Below, piece after piece: positions 20,402 through 29,276 of a stretch of DNA of 64,000 bases; position 1 is the first letter of the stretch, and each line of letters begins with the position of its first letter. A program made the translations under genes and the position numbers. Origin of the DNA: Candidatus Poribacteria bacterium. GTDB taxonomy: Bacteria > Poribacteria > WGA-4E > WGA-3G. The notes below the pieces were generated by a model. It saw only the letters and a program-made list of their open reading frames with translations. It did no database searches and was not told the origin of the DNA. The stretch covers positions 192,001 to 256,000 of the forward strand of contig CBDBFU010000013.1 of NCBI GenBank assembly GCA_965205025.1. Reading direction: 5' to 3'.

Positions 20402-21412
20402 TTACTCTTCTACTTTTACCATGAATGTAGGAAACAGAATCTGGTCCTTATGTTTTAGTTGCCCAAAAATCTGATAAATCCCTGCTTTCGGAAATGTAGT
20501 CATGAGCATAACGGAAGGTCCGAATTTATCGGGTGTTTCCCCCTGATGTTTATGTCCGGACGTAGGATCTTTTTTCTCCATTTTATGTCCTTTGTGGGAG
20601 ACATCTTTTTTCATTTTGCTATGATCCATATTCATCATCACTGAACCGTGTGTATGTACTATACCATCTAATTCAGTATTTACAATAGCAAAATGCATTG
20701 GAGCATCCAAAAATGGAACAAGATCGGTTATCGGTTTCCCTGCTTGTGAAAAATGATAATCGATATGAACCATCTCTCCTGCTTTAATTTTATCTTGGAC
20801 ATTCATTTTCACTTGATATACTGACGTGCCTTTTCCATCAGTTAAAACAGCCTTAGTATATCGGTCACCACCTTCTTCAGTATAACCGGAAACAGTTTTT
20901 TCTCGACTGAAATCTTCAGAAAGATCTGTCATCTTCTTCTCCCCTACAACATCAACATACAGATATTTCGAATATTCAGCATCTGCTGTCATCACATCCA
21001 GTGCCAATATATATCTACCTGCAGCGGGAAAAGTAAAGTGAACAGTATAGGTTCCTTCAAGTTCTGCCATCATGTCACGCTCATCGAAATCTTCAGGATG
21101 GATATGTCCAAGAATCTGTAGATTCTCACTTACAATTAAAACATGGAGAACCCGATCGTGGTGTATCATAAGATCTGTAAAGGGTTCACCCATTTTATCG
21201 GTGAGATTGAACATTAGAGTTGCTTGCTCACCTGCTTTAATATCTTCTGGTTCAGTGTGTAGACTTACATTCAAGACATCAGTTTTTTCTATCTGATGAG
21301 CACTATGATCTTCATGTTGGGCAGTATAGCCTATATGTACAAAATACAGGACGCTTATGAATATTGCAATAGCAATTCTTGGTGTGTAAAACGTGGAAAA
21401 TAGGGTTTTCAT
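20402..21412 (-). CDS. exported His/Met-rich heavy-metal-binding protein (two related beta-sandwich repeats)
   Basis: HEDHSAH, HHDRVLHVLIVS..GHIHP, PMHFAIV..HTH, FP..G.Y motifs twice, MMNMDH...HKGH; start ATG 21412 after TATGGAGGA. Confidence 0.7.
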   Translation of the reverse strand: MKTLFSTFYTPRIAIAIFISVLYFVHIGYTAQHEDHSAHQIEKTDVLNVSLHTEPEDIKAGEQATLMFNLTDKMGEPFTDLMIHHDRVLHVLIVSENLQILGHIHPEDFDERDMMAELEGTYTVHFTFPAAGRYILALDVMTADAEYSKYLYVDVVGEKKMTDLSEDFSREKTVSGYTEEGGDRYTKAVLTDGKGTSVYQVKMNVQDKIKAGEMVHIDYHFSQAGKPITDLVPFLDAPMHFAIVNTELDGIVHTHGSVMMNMDHSKMKKDVSHKGHKMEKKDPTSGHKHQGETPDKFGPSVMLMTTFPKAGIYQIFGQLKHKDQILFPTFMVKVEE

Positions 21413-21417
21413 TATAT

Positions 21418-21543
21418 TCCTCCATATAAATATATAAATTCTTAAAAAGAGTTTCAAATACTCTATTTATTCCGTGACTATACAATGGTCCGGAATAAAA
21501 ACAGTCAATTAAGATAATATTCTAAGAAAGGGTGTATGGAGGA
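21418..21543 (-). promoter_or_regulatory. putative translational attenuator (anti-SD in RGPPY codons, SD of the next gene, intervening hairpin)
   Basis: mRNA UCCUCCAUA (plus 21535-21543) is the exact complement of SD UAUGGAGGA (plus 21418-21426); hairpin ttattccg...cggaataa at about 21467-21498. Confidence 0.65.
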
Positions 21544-21959
21544 CCGCGACGGGATAGGTTCGAGGTTAATGGTAAGAGAGATAGGTTGTGGGGACTGAAG
21601 GTCTTTAGTTGTTGTTCTTGACCAACCATTACCGATGAATCAAGTAGGACTGAAGCAATTTTTAAGTGTTCATCCGATTGAGGGGTATAGTCAATACGAT
21701 AAGTGATTTCAGGAAGGATCACCTCGAAATTTGTTAAACAGCATGTATTTCCATCTTCTGATGTGCTATTGTTTTCACTTGAAGAATCCGCATCTTTGTT
21801 ATGGCAACAAGATGAATTGGTTTGAATACCATTCATATTTTGAATAAGTTTGCTACCACAAGATGTCTGTTCAACAGCTGCACAGTATAATGGACAAAAG
21901 GAATGAAGACAAACTAATGCCGTAAGTGAAAAGGTCAATAACCAATGTTTTTGGAACAT
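21522..21959 (-). CDS. secreted Cys-rich leader protein with C-terminal RGPP (DUF2946/CutF-like putative arrest peptide)
   Basis: Signal-like N-terminus, CLHSFCPLYC, SCCH, TCCL, ends LSRRGPPYTLS*. Confidence 0.7.
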   Translation of the reverse strand: MFQKHWLLTFSLTALVCLHSFCPLYCAAVEQTSCGSKLIQNMNGIQTNSSCCHNKDADSSSENNSTSEDGNTCCLTNFEVILPEITYRIDYTPQSDEHLKIASVLLDSSVMVGQEQQLKTFSPHNLSLLPLTSNLSRRGPPYTLS

Positions 21960-22114
21960 TGCTATTATCTCCGTTGTTTTAATGGAAATAGTTCGTGAAT
22001 TACACTTCTATGACATTATACACCATAATTCAAGAATGTTGCATTAAAATAACACAAAGCTCATTATTTATTTTGAGTAATTCCATTTCTAATTGAAAAT
22101 GTCTCTTTTTTGTA

Positions 22115-22342
22115 CCACAAACTTTATGAGGATTAAGTTTTAAATTCGGCAATTCTCATTATTCCAAACCCTGTAGGTTCGGTTTCCTAACCACGGGGAA
22201 TGCTAAATAGCATTCATACCGTTGATTCGAATTTCCTATCACATTACCGAATTATTATTTTAATCTTCATTCAGTTTGTGTCCTGAAAAATGACTACCAT
22301 AATAACCACCTAATGAGACAATAATTTATAGAAATGGTATAA
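22115..22342. repeat. nested MITE-like palindromic element containing a REP and the ~34-nt element
   Basis: cacaaact..atgaggattaa...ttaatcttcat..agtttgtg; same layout at 24347-24592. Confidence 0.75.
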
Positions 22343-22344
22343 TA

Positions 22345-24312
22345 TCAGCGTGGTAATGCAAAATAACCAATCCCAGTGAAAAACCCAACAAACATCCAAA
22401 TACCTACCATCACATACTCCCCAAAAATCAGACCAAATGCAATAGGACGGATTTTACGGTAAGTCAGGGGTCCACCAAACTTAAGTGTAATATATTTAAT
22501 CATCCACCCTATAAGGACAGATGACCATAAATGAAAAGCAGGATATGTTGCGCCTAATAAATACCCAATTGGGTGTAATGACCACCAAACAAAACTTTGA
22601 CGCATCCATAGCATGAAACCCGTAAAACCTGCGCCAGCAATCATACTATAAACCTCACCCCAATTTGTTTCTACAGGAAATTGGATGAGCTTATTCATCC
22701 GATTGAAATAACCGCGAGGTGCATTGATAAATGACCAATTCTGTAGAAACAATCCTCCTTTGTTATACACCAATGTCAATGATGCATAAACTGATACAAC
22801 AAGAGCAACCATAATTGAAACACCCAGTATCGGAACAACTTTGCGCCGCATCAATCCCACTTCATCCGCAGCTTTGAAACTGTGCAGAAAGTTCGGCATC
22901 ATGAATTCTCCCCAATCCCGGAGAAATGTTCGTTGAAAACTGAGAACAGCCAAACTCTTTTGTCCTATTGCCCCCGAACCAAGTGTATAGGTAATGTAAT
23001 CAGAAGGAAAGAATGGCGCTTGTACAAGCAACAAACCACCATTGACTACCATCCATGATAAGACAACAGAAGTTACAAAGATAGAAAGCATCGTTATGAT
23101 TGCTACCCATGTTTTGATTCCTGCGATGACTAAGAACGTAACAAGGATGACAAATCCGAAGATGAATCCGAAAAAAGCGATACGATATGAAAGTGGTTCA
23201 TTGCTATCATCCACTAAATGTCTATTTTCAATACTCTTCCCGTTGTACTTAACCATACCAAATGCTCTTTTTATTATGGATAGTATATGTTCACGTCCAC
23301 CCCAGAAAACAGCAGGAACAAAAATAAGATAGCCACCCATTACTTGACGACTACAACTTATCCACGGTCCAATGCCTACACCTGTTACATTCATAATAAT
23401 ATATTGAAGTTTAAAAAAGAGAAAGAAAAACCAAAGACTGAAAGACACTTCCAATGTAAGCAATGCAGCTACACCGATTACTGAAAAATAGATCGCAATA
23501 TTCATCCCTGGCCACATACCCAGTGTATGCCACGGTTTTTCAGTAAATGCGCGATGAATCTCAAAGATCATTGGAATCCGAGGCACCATTGGGAAATGTG
23601 CATGGAGTCCGTTGAGGAAGTGAATCACAAGCGGTAAAACCATACCTACCCATAATAACTTATTCTTAAAAAATGAGTTTAGGAGTGATCCACTTGCTGG
23701 TTCTGCTGCTAATTGTATAGGAATCTGGATGAGTGGAAAGGAAAACCTTTCACGTTCTACCCACTGCTTGCGAAGAATGGCTGATAGACAGATTATCGTG
23801 AAATAGAATACAACAACAAATAATCCCCAGACTAAGAGAGGATTAATCCAAGAGACCCAAGGAATATTACCACCTGGAGATAGTCCTTCATAGAAATCGG
23901 TTACGGCTTGTGTATCCGTAACGACTAACCAGTCTGGGATCTGTGGTTGGAGTGTTTCTGCCCAATCGTTCACTGGTGTTGTGAAATAACGAAGTGCTAC
24001 AAGGCAAGGGATAAGGAACTGTAACAGTCCCATGGATGGAATACCAACAGCAACAATCAGCATCATCCAAATTACAGTTAATTCGAGTGATGTGAATGAA
24101 AGTCGACGACTCCATCTCAAGAAACGTAAAGGAAGGTTGACAATGAAAACAAGTAGGAGTAGACCTAAAATTGAGCCAACTGGAAGGTGATTACCTGCCA
24201 GTCTCGAATTCTCTAAGAAATAGTTATTGTAGGGTGAGATTGCACAAATTCCACCTACTAATAGCAATCCTACAAGGATAGCAGAAATACGAATCTTTGG
24301 GTGGACAGGCAT
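22345..24312 (-). CDS. DUF6785/DUF6784-type membrane protein paralog
   Basis: RKQWVERERFSFP, FTEKPW, WWSLHPIGY. Confidence 0.75.
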   Translation of the reverse strand: MPVHPKIRISAILVGLLLVGGICAISPYNNYFLENSRLAGNHLPVGSILGLLLLVFIVNLPLRFLRWSRRLSFTSLELTVIWMMLIVAVGIPSMGLLQFLIPCLVALRYFTTPVNDWAETLQPQIPDWLVVTDTQAVTDFYEGLSPGGNIPWVSWINPLLVWGLFVVVFYFTIICLSAILRKQWVERERFSFPLIQIPIQLAAEPASGSLLNSFFKNKLLWVGMVLPLVIHFLNGLHAHFPMVPRIPMIFEIHRAFTEKPWHTLGMWPGMNIAIYFSVIGVAALLTLEVSFSLWFFFLFFKLQYIIMNVTGVGIGPWISCSRQVMGGYLIFVPAVFWGGREHILSIIKRAFGMVKYNGKSIENRHLVDDSNEPLSYRIAFFGFIFGFVILVTFLVIAGIKTWVAIITMLSIFVTSVVLSWMVVNGGLLLVQAPFFPSDYITYTLGSGAIGQKSLAVLSFQRTFLRDWGEFMMPNFLHSFKAADEVGLMRRKVVPILGVSIMVALVVSVYASLTLVYNKGGLFLQNWSFINAPRGYFNRMNKLIQFPVETNWGEVYSMIAGAGFTGFMLWMRQSFVWWSLHPIGYLLGATYPAFHLWSSVLIGWMIKYITLKFGGPLTYRKIRPIAFGLIFGEYVMVGIWMFVGFFTGIGYFALPR

Positions 24313-24346
24313 ATCTTATTTCCATAAGAAGTCATCAATTCATATC

Positions 24347-24592
24347 TTATACCATTTCTGGTAATTAAAGTATCATTAATAGAATCTCTTTAATGTAGCA
24401 CAAACTTCATGAAGATTAAGAAAATATTTCGGTAATTCTAATTTCCCAAACCCGGTAGGTGCGGTTTCCTAACCGCACTGGATTTTTTACAAAACTACCG
24501 AATTAATAAATTAATCTTCATCCAGTTTGTGCACTATTTCAAGACATAGATATCACCTAATCATGGGACAATCATTTATAGAAATGGTATAA
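24347..24592. repeat. concentric inverted-repeat element around a GTAG REP
   Basis: ttataccatttct/agaaatggtataa > gcacaaact/agtttgtgc > atgaagattaa/ttaatcttcat > ttcggta/taccgaa > gtaggtgcggtttcctaaccgcac. Confidence 0.8.
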
Positions 24593-24597
24593 CTTAA

Positions 24598-26067
24598 TTA
24601 TCCATCAGTTTCATCGCGGAGAACAGGGTTATAAAGACAGAGTTCGGCATCTACAATTCTGCCATCTGGCAATGTATATTGATTTGGTGTACCGCCACCC
24701 CACGGTTCCTTGAATTCTTTACTCCGTTCTTGATCTATATCCTTCTGTTTCTGAACATCTTCCCATGAAAAATCTGCCATAAGTTGTTCATGTAATGTCG
24801 CTTCTAATTCGCGATGTTCAGGTTGTCCAGCAATATTCTCAAATTCACCAGGGTCATTTTCTAAATCAAAGATAATGGATTCATCCTCAGGAAATGCAAC
24901 ATACTTGTACCGAGGTGTTCTTAACATCCGCATCGGACTTGTTGTTTGGTGTGCCCAATATTCACTAATAGCGGTATTCCGCCAACCATTTGTATTGCCG
25001 TACATCAGATTTGATAGATCTGATCCATCCAAACCGTCCGGGGTTGGGATTCCTGCCTTTGCACATAGCGTTGGATAAAGATCATTTAATTCTACAGGAG
25101 AATTAACGCGTCTACCGTGTGAATCTTCTAATCGGTTATCGTATATAATCAGTGGAACCCGTGCAGCAGCTTCATAATAACTGGACTTCCACCACTGTCC
25201 ATGTTCACCTGCCATTTCACCATGATCTGTGGTATAAACAATAATTGTGTTCTCTAACAAACCGTCCCGTTCCAAAATTGTCAACAGATCCCCGATACAC
25301 TCATCAAGAAATTCACAGCATGCATAATATATTGCTCGTGCTTTACGCGTTTCTTCCTCGGGCATATTATTCGTATTGAAGTGTTGCCGTAAACTTTTCG
25401 CATACCGGTGTGTCTCTTCAAGATGTCCAGACGGTATATCTGGCATGTCAATATTATCTGGGTAGTATTTATCAATCAATCTCTTCGGAGCTGTTAAGGG
25501 AAAATGTGGACGACTATAACTTGCGAGAAGAAACCACGGTTTGTCTGAGGAATGAGATCGTAAATACTCAATCGTTTCCTCATTAATTACGCGTTCTTGC
25601 AGAAGACTTGATGGTATTTCTGTGACGCCAGCATTTTGGGTACGTCCACGGTTACCACCCATATTTCCTTGTAGTGGATCACGTTGATGTCCTGCACGTC
25701 CTCGTAGGTCCCCGTATGGTCTGGCTTCAAATCCGTTGTGTTGTTCTATCCCACCAAAATGCATCTTCCCAACGAGTGCAGTACTATACCCATGTTGTAC
25801 AAAATGTGCAGGCATCGTAAGATGTTCAGGATATAGAATTGAACCGTTATTCCAAGCTGAACAACGATGAGCATATTTCCCTGTCAGCATACACATACGA
25901 GAAGGTGTGCAAAGTGGGAATTGACAGTATGCTGCATCAAAGTAAGTGCCAGATTTGGCGAGACGATCTAAATTCGGTGTCTGCACAATATCATTACCTT
26001 CACATCCCATGGCATGGGGACTGTGTTCATCACTCATAAGAAATAAGATATTAGGTTGTTGAGCCAT
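24598..26067 (-). CDS. sulfatase (S1, choline-sulfatase-like)
   Basis: PNILFLMSDEH, CTPSR FGly motif, GKMHF, PHFP, DHGEM; start probably MAQQP. Confidence 0.92.
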   Translation of the reverse strand: MAQQPNILFLMSDEHSPHAMGCEGNDIVQTPNLDRLAKSGTYFDAAYCQFPLCTPSRMCMLTGKYAHRCSAWNNGSILYPEHLTMPAHFVQHGYSTALVGKMHFGGIEQHNGFEARPYGDLRGRAGHQRDPLQGNMGGNRGRTQNAGVTEIPSSLLQERVINEETIEYLRSHSSDKPWFLLASYSRPHFPLTAPKRLIDKYYPDNIDMPDIPSGHLEETHRYAKSLRQHFNTNNMPEEETRKARAIYYACCEFLDECIGDLLTILERDGLLENTIIVYTTDHGEMAGEHGQWWKSSYYEAAARVPLIIYDNRLEDSHGRRVNSPVELNDLYPTLCAKAGIPTPDGLDGSDLSNLMYGNTNGWRNTAISEYWAHQTTSPMRMLRTPRYKYVAFPEDESIIFDLENDPGEFENIAGQPEHRELEATLHEQLMADFSWEDVQKQKDIDQERSKEFKEPWGGGTPNQYTLPDGRIVDAELCLYNPVLRDETDG

Positions 26068-26140
26068 ACAGCAGAATTCTCCTTTAAGCAAGTTTCAATA
26101 TTAAACGGATTTAGTCGTTTTGGGATTTTTGTTTCCAAAA

Positions 26141-26185
26141 TAAAAAGGAGAAAGGTGTAAAATATACACTTTCCTCCTTTTTTTC
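26141..26185. terminator. intrinsic terminator-like hairpin
   Basis: aaaaaggagaaaggtgt...acactttcctccttttttt. Confidence 0.6.
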
Positions 26186-26200
26186 TGTTGAAAAAATATA

Positions 26201-26509
26201 TTAAAGAGTTGGTTGGACAATACGCCCAGTGTCGCTCGACCTTTTCAAGCCCACGTGTTTCCTTATGGATTCAACATCTACGTTGATAGATTTTATATTC
26301 TTATCTATAGACTCAAGCCAACTATTTATAGAGTCAAGCTTAACAAAGATCTGCGTTTGATTTTCAGATAGATTGTCCACCTTATTCTCAAGATTATCAA
26401 CCTTATTCTCAAGATTATCAACCTTATTCTCAAGTGTCTCAAATCTACCATCAATCACTTCCCTTACTACATCCCGAATTGCATCAAGGGTTATTTCGTT
26501 TTCATTCAT
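26201..26509 (-). CDS. small coiled-coil protein with LENKVDN heptad repeats
   Basis: TAGGAG RBS; 21-bp tandem repeat ccttattctcaagattatcaa at about 26371-26434. Confidence 0.7.
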   Translation of the reverse strand: MNENEITLDAIRDVVREVIDGRFETLENKVDNLENKVDNLENKVDNLSENQTQIFVKLDSINSWLESIDKNIKSINVDVESIRKHVGLKRSSDTGRIVQPTL

Positions 26510-26648
26510 TTTTTTCTCCTATTTATTATAACATGTTTACTTTGTATATTATGTTTACTATTATATCATAATTCCTATCTATATTACAAACTTTTAACCT
26601 ACCGGGTCTGGGGAATTAGAATTACCTGAATATTTTCTTAAACTTCAT

Positions 26649-28688
26649 CTAATGAACTGGTGTCGCCTTCTTTTTACCGATACTTAATTCAATGGCAGGC
26701 AGGATTGTATTTGATATATTCGATGAATAATTAAAGACACACCAACCAGAAGCACCTAAAAATCGTACAAGATGGATTTGACCTACCACTCCGTCAGGTG
26801 TTAGGATGGAATTAGATGCAGTCGCACCAATACCGGGATAAACAGCAACTCCTTTAGGCATCAAAGCAAGTTGATTTTCTAAGAGGTCCGTAAAATACTT
26901 GTTGTCTTCAGTATAATTCATGGGACAAACAAAATCAATGTATCCAGCCTTTGCCCAGGCAATCCAATCCTGTCCAATAGAAGTGACACAGGATGGATAT
27001 CCTCCGAACACTGCAGTTGAAAGCTTAATTCCTGATTTTACCTTACGGATCCGTTTATGGATTAACCTCACTAAACGTGTTATCTGCTCTACCCGCCAGT
27101 CAGTATAGGCTTTACTGTATTGTCCAGTTCTCGGTAGCACGGATTGAGGCCAGTCTTGAACATTTATTCTTGAAGATAGCATGAATCTTTTTCGACATTC
27201 TTGACAGAAACATGCATGGCTCCCAGGATAACGGATATAATCAAGATGGATACCATCAACATCGTACTTTTGCACGATTTCCATAATGCTATCCAGTTCC
27301 AATTTTACGTTATCAGGATGTGATGGACATAACCAATTCAGCGGATCGCCACTTGAAGAAACTTGTGTGCGACCGGAATCTCGTAAGTTTTTCACAAAAT
27401 CCTCTGGAGCACCTTCTAAATTCCATGTTATTTTCCAAATATGTACTTCTAAATTATATTTCTTTGCTGCTTCAACACATTGTTGTATCTGGTCACCATA
27501 TTGTGTAAATTTACTGCTTTGTGGTAAAACACTGCTATCGTAGTGTGCAATGCCACCCCAAGCCATATTGGGGAGAATCATATTTATCCCAGCAGCAGCC
27601 AATTCCTTCGCTGAACGTTCCCAATCACCAGGATACGCACCGAGTCCAGAATGGTTCCAGAATGCACGCCCTTCAGTTGTATCGCTTAAATGAGATAGAT
27701 TGTATGCTTTTGCTAATTCTTCTCGACTTTGACGGGATGTGGTCATTGAAGCATGATATTTCTTATCGGTATAATCTGTTTGAGCTTGAAGAGACAATGT
27801 CTTTCCAGATTGTAACGCCTGTTTCGCCTCTGATACCCCTCCATACCCAACAAATTTTGATAAGTGATCAAGATTACTAATATGACCAATAGTAGTTAGT
27901 GAATCTAATTCGCGCTTTGCAATTGCATGCTGAAATTCAGGTATCATATATCCAAGCAGTGCCGCCAGAAGCTGTGTTTTTGTTTGAATGTCATCTGGCA
28001 GGAAAACATGACTAAAAAACACACCTGCATTCCCCATAAAAAATGCTGGATACCCCGTTGATTCATTATCAGAATTATACCAATGTCCAATTACCTTAGT
28101 CGTAGGATCTGTTGCCTCTGCTACCGTAATATTCCAAGATATCTGTCTGACAGATTTCGGCATTCCCAGAACTTCAGGAGCATCGAATTGGATAGTGGAG
28201 AATTGACCTGGAGATTCTCGACGAAGCCATTTTTTACTCCGTATATTCAAAATCCTTCCGACTTCATCAGCGAGATTATAGGTGACAAATAATTTACCGC
28301 CACCATCAACAAAGGTCTTAAGTAATGGGGCTGTATCTAAAGAGATCTTCTGATTAAGCGGTAGGATTACCAATCTATAAGGATTCGAAGCCGTATTCTG
28401 AAGACGTTTTTCACTTGCAGCCGTAGCTTCATCCAATTCATCCGCAGTAAATCCTATACTTTTTAACATACGGACAAAACGCTTGCTCACAGAACGTGCA
28501 TAGTTTACATCACCTTCGGAGATACCAGATGCGGTTGATGGTAACAAAATCGCAATATCCGCCTGTTGTGCAGATATACTGCCTACCCATCCAATAATGA
28601 AGATGAATATTAAGAAGTGAAAAGATCTGACTTTAAATGGGATTGCTTTCAACCACAAACGACATTGTTGTAAGAACGAATACAACAT
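26649..28688 (-). CDS. family 10 glycosyl hydrolase-like (GHL10/DUF187) exported protein
   Basis: LEVHIW, WLCPSHP, YDVDGIHLDYIRYP, GQDW..W..G.IDFVCPMNY. Confidence 0.85.
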   Translation of the reverse strand: MLYSFLQQCRLWLKAIPFKVRSFHFLIFIFIIGWVGSISAQQADIAILLPSTASGISEGDVNYARSVSKRFVRMLKSIGFTADELDEATAASEKRLQNTASNPYRLVILPLNQKISLDTAPLLKTFVDGGGKLFVTYNLADEVGRILNIRSKKWLRRESPGQFSTIQFDAPEVLGMPKSVRQISWNITVAEATDPTTKVIGHWYNSDNESTGYPAFFMGNAGVFFSHVFLPDDIQTKTQLLAALLGYMIPEFQHAIAKRELDSLTTIGHISNLDHLSKFVGYGGVSEAKQALQSGKTLSLQAQTDYTDKKYHASMTTSRQSREELAKAYNLSHLSDTTEGRAFWNHSGLGAYPGDWERSAKELAAAGINMILPNMAWGGIAHYDSSVLPQSSKFTQYGDQIQQCVEAAKKYNLEVHIWKITWNLEGAPEDFVKNLRDSGRTQVSSSGDPLNWLCPSHPDNVKLELDSIMEIVQKYDVDGIHLDYIRYPGSHACFCQECRKRFMLSSRINVQDWPQSVLPRTGQYSKAYTDWRVEQITRLVRLIHKRIRKVKSGIKLSTAVFGGYPSCVTSIGQDWIAWAKAGYIDFVCPMNYTEDNKYFTDLLENQLALMPKGVAVYPGIGATASNSILTPDGVVGQIHLVRFLGASGWCVFNYSSNISNTILPAIELSIGKKKATPVH

Positions 28689-28699
28689 ACCTATTCCTT

Positions 28700-29265
28700 A
28701 ACGTAAGTTTGATAACTCAGATTTTTATATTTGAATCAACGGTATGAATGCTCTAAGGCAATCCCGGGAAACCGCACCATAGGCGTCAATTTAGTAAGAT
28801 TATACCATTTTCAATTGATAGATTTACATTAAGACTTATCTGATACAGGGATTATCATATACATATATGAGTCCCGTAGGGACGAAATGTCTATAGAAAA
28901 CGTGTTTATTCACTATCTTGAGTCCCGTAGGGACGGAATGTTTATAGAAATCGTTATCACCAATACACCAAGCCCCGGTGAATGACTAAATGTCATTCAT
29001 ACCGTTGATTCGGGGCGAAAGGTGTGTAGAAAACGTACAAATCCTAAACACTAAGCCCCGGGGAATGCCATAAGGCATTCATACCGTTGATTCGCGGGGC
29101 GAAAGGTGTATCCCTAAATTGACGCTAATGAATCAACGGTATGAATACTATTTAGCATTCACCGTGGTTAGAAACCGAAAATCAACGGTATGAATACTAT
29201 TTAGCATTCCTCGCCTACTGGGTTTGAGAAATTAGAATTACCGAAGTATTTACTTAATTATCATT
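28700..29265. repeat. dense nested repeat block (at least four REP/MITE families plus five copies of the ~34-nt element)
   Basis: gagtcccgtagggacg x2, gcccc..ggggcgaaagg x2, gtcaatttag/cctaaattgac pair, ggttagaaaccgaa REP, cataccgttgatt element x5. Confidence 0.85.
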
Positions 29266-29276
29266 AAATAGAACTA

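Noticed and set aside
28860-29110. Regularly spaced repeats (~50 nt period) resembling a CRISPR array
   Set aside because: Only 2 units per family, mixed families, and the 'spacers' recur elsewhere (e.g. aaacgtgtttagccactatctt at ~36183 and ~40586); this fits REP doublets.
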